Below, piece by piece: positions 60,489-64,000 of a stretch of DNA of 64,000 bases. The translations under genes and the position numbers were made by a program. Location of the stretch: NCBI GenBank assembly GCA_963578775.1, contig CAUZEG010000002.1, forward strand, positions 9,423 through 73,422. Direction: 5' to 3'. The DNA is from Myxococcales bacterium (GTDB lineage: Bacteria; Myxococcota_A; UBA9042; UBA3505). The notes below the pieces were generated by a model. The model did not search any database. It saw only the letters and a list, made by a program, of their open reading frames with translations, and was not told the DNA's origin. The number at the start of each line of letters is the position of its first letter. Position 1 is the stretch's first letter.

Positions 60489-61724
60489 TTACTCCAGGGT
60501 TGGACCACCGCGCCAGCCAAAGCGCGCGTCTGCCGTTCGACCAAGCTCGTTCTTGCAGATGAGACCGGCGGCCACACCTACGATCAGTCCTCCCAGATGG
60601 CACCAATGATCGACGAGGCTGCTATCGTCCATGAAAAGCTCCGTCGCGTTGATCAACGTATTCAAGACGAGAAAGGCCCCGCCCAATAACGTCCCGGTGG
60701 TATACCGCATGGGAATTCGGCCGTAACGAGAAGCAAACCACAGGCCAAGAAACAACGACATTCCTGCAATTCCAGCCACAGAACCACTGGCACCGATGGT
60801 GAATAAGTCCTCATGCCCAGCCACATTCTTGTAGGCAATGCTCGCGGCTGCTCCCCCAAGAGTACAGGCGACGTAAACAGCAATGAAACGAACGGGACCA
60901 AGTATCCGTTCGAGAATGTGCCCCACAAGGAGCAGGCTCAACATATTGTAGAGAATGTGCTGTACCCCACCATGGAGGAAACCATAGGTGATCCAGGAGC
61001 GAAAGGATGTCCATGTGAAATCAAGATTCCCGTCCACTCCATAGTCCTTGGCCCATGCAAAGCGCTCCTCCTGTGGCAGCTCCTGCCAATACATAAAGAC
61101 TGCGATGCAAGCCGCGATAATCGCGACAACTGCCCATGGAAAATTGGTTCGGAACATCGCCCGAAATGCACGGGCCAGAGATCGTTCCGCACGAACGGCA
61201 GCCTGCACTTCTCGTAGAGCCGTGACTTCAGCCAGAAGATCCAGGCGGTCGACCCAACGAGGTTTGCCCCCCGGACTCCCCAGATGTTTCAACAAACGCC
61301 GACGGGACATCTGCATCAAGCGCCAGAAATAGCGTCGAAGATCACGGATCTGCTGGGAGGTAAAGCCCATCGAATCGAGCCTTTCTCGCGCCACGGTTCG
61401 TAGATTCTCGGGTAATTGCTGGTTCTGGGCTGCCAGCCATAAGGAAGGTGGGGACGCGGACTGTTGAAGATATTCTTCGATATCCGAAGATTGAACCCCC
61501 CCCAGTCTCTGATGCCACGCCAGCCGGGATGGATACGGCAGACCGTTCCATACAGCCCAGGCGACTGTCGGCCCGTGTAGCCGCGTGAGAATTCGAGTCT
61601 GACCCACCAGGGTCGGACCTTTCAAATGCTCTTTGGCTGCTCGTTCGCTGCTACATCTGGGACAGAGCCCAGTTCGCGGGTCGAGTTCATCTCCACAAAC
61701 GAGACATGTACCTTTCGGGGGCAT
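60489..61724 (-). CDS. Rhomboid-family intramembrane serine protease with an N-terminal zinc-ribbon.
   Basis: N-terminal CLVCGDELDPRTGLCPRCS (CxxC...CxxC). Rhomboid catalytic GASGSVAGIAG (Ser) and ...HLGGLIVGV (His) within a multi-TM C-terminal half. Confidence 0.8.
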   Translation of the reverse strand: MPPKGTCLVCGDELDPRTGLCPRCSSERAAKEHLKGPTLVGQTRILTRLHGPTVAWAVWNGLPYPSRLAWHQRLGGVQSSDIEEYLQQSASPPSLWLAAQNQQLPENLRTVARERLDSMGFTSQQIRDLRRYFWRLMQMSRRRLLKHLGSPGGKPRWVDRLDLLAEVTALREVQAAVRAERSLARAFRAMFRTNFPWAVVAIIAACIAVFMYWQELPQEERFAWAKDYGVDGNLDFTWTSFRSWITYGFLHGGVQHILYNMLSLLLVGHILERILGPVRFIAVYVACTLGGAAASIAYKNVAGHEDLFTIGASGSVAGIAGMSLFLGLWFASRYGRIPMRYTTGTLLGGAFLVLNTLINATELFMDDSSLVDHWCHLGGLIVGVAAGLICKNELGRTADARFGWRGGPTLE

Positions 61725-61890
61725 TCCAACCTCGGTGGATAACCAACACGGCTACAATCTGCGCTGAATATAGTCCCGGGCGGAACCCGACGCAACCACC
61801 CCCTCCCGGATGCAAGCTCCGAGAGTACCGGTTTACAGTTTCCGCTACGTGCCCTAGATTCAGCACTGTTCCCCATTTGGACGACTCATC

Positions 61891-63543
61891 ATGCGATTCG
61901 CATTATGCCAGATAAACCCCCTCGTCGGGGCCATCGAAGAGAATACGAAAACGATAGAACAAGTGGTGGCCCAGGTCGGATCACAGGCCGACGTATTGGT
62001 TTTCCCGGAGTTGGCCGTGCCCGGCTACCCCCCCACCGATGCTGTCTTTCGCGATGACTTTCGTTCGCGTTGCGGTGTTGCCAATGAACAACTCGTCCGT
62101 CATACCGCGGATCGGGACATTATCCTGGTATTTGGGACCATGGTGGAAGCCGATACAAAACGTTCGGCACGTTGGGCCAACGGCGCGATCGTCGCTCGAG
62201 GCGGAGAAATCATAGGGACCGCCAGAAAAAAACTGCTACCTACCTACGCCGTCTACGATGAAGCCCGCTTCTTCGAACCCGGCCACGGCGCTCCCTGTGT
62301 AGTAGATATCGGCTCCATCCAACTCGGTATCGCTATCTGTGAAGATTTCTGGTTGGTCTCCGATCCGACAGACTTCCGGTGTTATGGACAGGATCCGGGC
62401 ATGGAGATGAAAAAGCAGGGTGCGAACCTGCTGATCAATCTCTCGGCCTCCCCCTGGCATCGCGGGAAAGTCCAGGAACGTGATGATGTGGTCGCCAGCG
62501 TCGCACAACGAACCGGTCTACCGATCCTGTACTGTAATCTGGTGGGTGGTAACGACGATCTGATCTTCGACGGTCGATCTCTGGCCTGGAACCCAGCTGG
62601 AGAACAAATCGCTCGGGCCAAGCCGTACCAGAAAGATATATTGATCCTTGAGGCCGCAGATGATGGAGCCATCACCCCCTCGTTCCAGAATCTTCCGCCC
62701 GAAATTGAGGACGACTCGTCTCGGGACGGTGTCGAGGCGCTCGCACTCGGGCTCCGAGACTTCTGTCAGAAATGTGGTGTGCAGTCCGTATTGGTCGGAC
62801 TATCAGGCGGTATTGACTCCGCAGTAACAGCTTCCCTGGCCGTCTATGCTCTGGGAGCGAGTCGGGTAAAGGCCGTCTCCATGCCGAGTTCGCTTAGCTC
62901 CGATGAGACCCAGAGCGATGCCGCAACAATCGCGAAGCAGCTTGGAATCGCATTTGAAACCATCCCCATTGCCGAATTGGTCAAGACCTATACACAGGTA
63001 ATTGAAACGGCGACTGGCGTGCCCCTTAGCGGCCTGCCACTGGAGAACCTGCAAGCACGACTGCGGGGTGTTCTACTGATGGCGCTTTCCAATCGCGACG
63101 GCTCTCTGGTTCTAGCGACGGGTAATAAGTCCGAACTGGCTACCGGTTACTGCACCCTATACGGCGACATGGTGGGTGGACTCGCGGTTCTAGGAGATCT
63201 GCTCAAACACGAAGTGTACGCTGCGGGACGCGCTCTCGATGAGGTCCTGGGCCAATCCATGATTCCAGAATCCGTATATCGGCGAGCACCTACGGCCGAA
63301 TTAAGTCCGAATCAACGCGATTCCGATTCGCTCCCACCCTACGATGTGCTCGATGAATTCGTACACAACTACATCGTACACTGCCAGTCGCCTGAATCTG
63401 CGGCTCCCCCGGGCCTCGATGGGCCACGGTGGGCCCGTGTTATTGAACGGATGGACTTCAAAAGACACCAGGCTCCGCCAATACTTCGGGTATCCGCGCG
63501 GGCCTTTGGACGCGGCCGGCAGACAATGGTCGCAAAGGGATGA
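61891..63543 (+). CDS. nadE: Glutamine-dependent NAD+ synthetase (N-terminal CN-hydrolase domain + NAD synthetase domain).
   Basis: MRFALCQINPLVG...FPELAVPGYPP (nitrilase-type glutaminase). LSGGIDSAV (PP-loop ATP pyrophosphatase). Confidence 0.9.
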   Translation: MRFALCQINPLVGAIEENTKTIEQVVAQVGSQADVLVFPELAVPGYPPTDAVFRDDFRSRCGVANEQLVRHTADRDIILVFGTMVEADTKRSARWANGAIVARGGEIIGTARKKLLPTYAVYDEARFFEPGHGAPCVVDIGSIQLGIAICEDFWLVSDPTDFRCYGQDPGMEMKKQGANLLINLSASPWHRGKVQERDDVVASVAQRTGLPILYCNLVGGNDDLIFDGRSLAWNPAGEQIARAKPYQKDILILEAADDGAITPSFQNLPPEIEDDSSRDGVEALALGLRDFCQKCGVQSVLVGLSGGIDSAVTASLAVYALGASRVKAVSMPSSLSSDETQSDAATIAKQLGIAFETIPIAELVKTYTQVIETATGVPLSGLPLENLQARLRGVLLMALSNRDGSLVLATGNKSELATGYCTLYGDMVGGLAVLGDLLKHEVYAAGRALDEVLGQSMIPESVYRRAPTAELSPNQRDSDSLPPYDVLDEFVHNYIVHCQSPESAAPPGLDGPRWARVIERMDFKRHQAPPILRVSARAFGRGRQTMVAKG

Positions 63544-63630
63544 TTACGACGCTCTAAACATGCTCGCCGAATAGCACCAATTCCTGCTATAGAGGCGGCG
63601 GCTGATGACTTGCGCAGAATGAGGCCTCGA

Positions 63631-64000
63631 ATGACCTTCAAAAGCACAACGCGGAAGCAGATATTTCAGACCACGGTAAAGGGAATTAAACGAACCGTAA
63701 CCCCTACCCGGTCCGTCACCGAGCAGTTTGTGAAAACGATCGTGGCGTCCCTGAGTGAGCTGAAGTTATCGCAACTGCCGCAGACGGCCATTCAGTTAAT
63801 GGCAAATCATGGGCTTGGGTATGTAAACACCCCACCCGATGGCGACATTGGCGTGCAAGTCGTTAACGACAAAATTTCCCTGGGCGGCCAGGATGTTCCC
63901 ATCACCTTTGTACAAACCTGGATGCCAGACCAGCCGTTCATCTTTGATACCGTTCTTCTAAGCCTGACGAATGTCGGCTGCAAACCGACATACTCCGTAA
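63631..64000 (+). CDS. Hypothetical protein, 5' part only; the ORF runs off the window end.
   Basis: ATG at 63631, open through 64000 (MTFKSTTRKQIFQTTVKGIKRTVTPTRSVTEQF...). Not in the track because there is no stop in the window. Function not recognisable. Confidence 0.4.
   Translation, partial: MTFKSTTRKQIFQTTVKGIKRTVTPTRSVTEQFVKTIVASLSELKLSQLPQTAIQLMANHGLGYVNTPPDGDIGVQVVNDKISLGGQDVPITFVQTWMPDQPFIFDTVLLSLTNVGCKPTYSV

Overview
High-GC bacterial chromosomal window, probably Deltaproteobacteria/Myxococcota-like. That placement is inferred from the split atpF'FHAGDC operon, myxo-type cysteine-rich repeats and a MYXO-CTERM-like tail. The conserved core runs from about 25.3 to 43 kb on the minus strand. 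It holds a near-complete ribosomal-protein super-cluster (rpsL-rpsG-fusA-rpsJ-rplD...rplQ with secY, rpoA and rpmJ), then tRNA-Gln and tRNA-Glu, ribF and aroE. Further along are uvrB, an F1Fo ATP synthase operon (b', b, delta, alpha, gamma, beta, epsilon), a rhomboid protease and nadE. The flanks are accessory-like and rich in secreted proteins and lipoproteins, grouped as follows. (i) A minus-strand cluster of a beta-barrel OMP plus two giant paralogous metzincin (HEXXHXXGXXH) lipoproteins. One of them runs off the window edge and is therefore absent from the ORF track. (ii) mpl and an OMP. (iii) A variant System I cytochrome c maturation pair. It has a CcmE-like protein lacking the canonical His, and a 1357-aa CcmF with a large periplasmic insert and a fused CcmH-like C-terminal domain. 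(iv) A cytochrome c (CxxCH) fused to a PHM/DBH-like copper monooxygenase, followed by a BNR/Asp-box propeller protein with a C-terminal sorting-signal-like tail. (v) A UDP-sugar dehydrogenase and an 820-aa extremely Cys-rich lipoprotein. (vi) A clan-CD (caspase/gingipain-like) peptidase-like lipoprotein with a partner OMP. (vii) A FadL-like OMP plus a lipoprotein. Three anomalies in the ribosomal cluster stand out: rplC is absent between rpsJ and rplD, rpsD is absent between rpsK and rpoA, and no tuf follows fusA. No CRISPR array, rRNA genes, transposases or integrases were seen. Many long plus-strand ORFs in the track are shadow ORFs of minus-strand genes in high-GC DNA.
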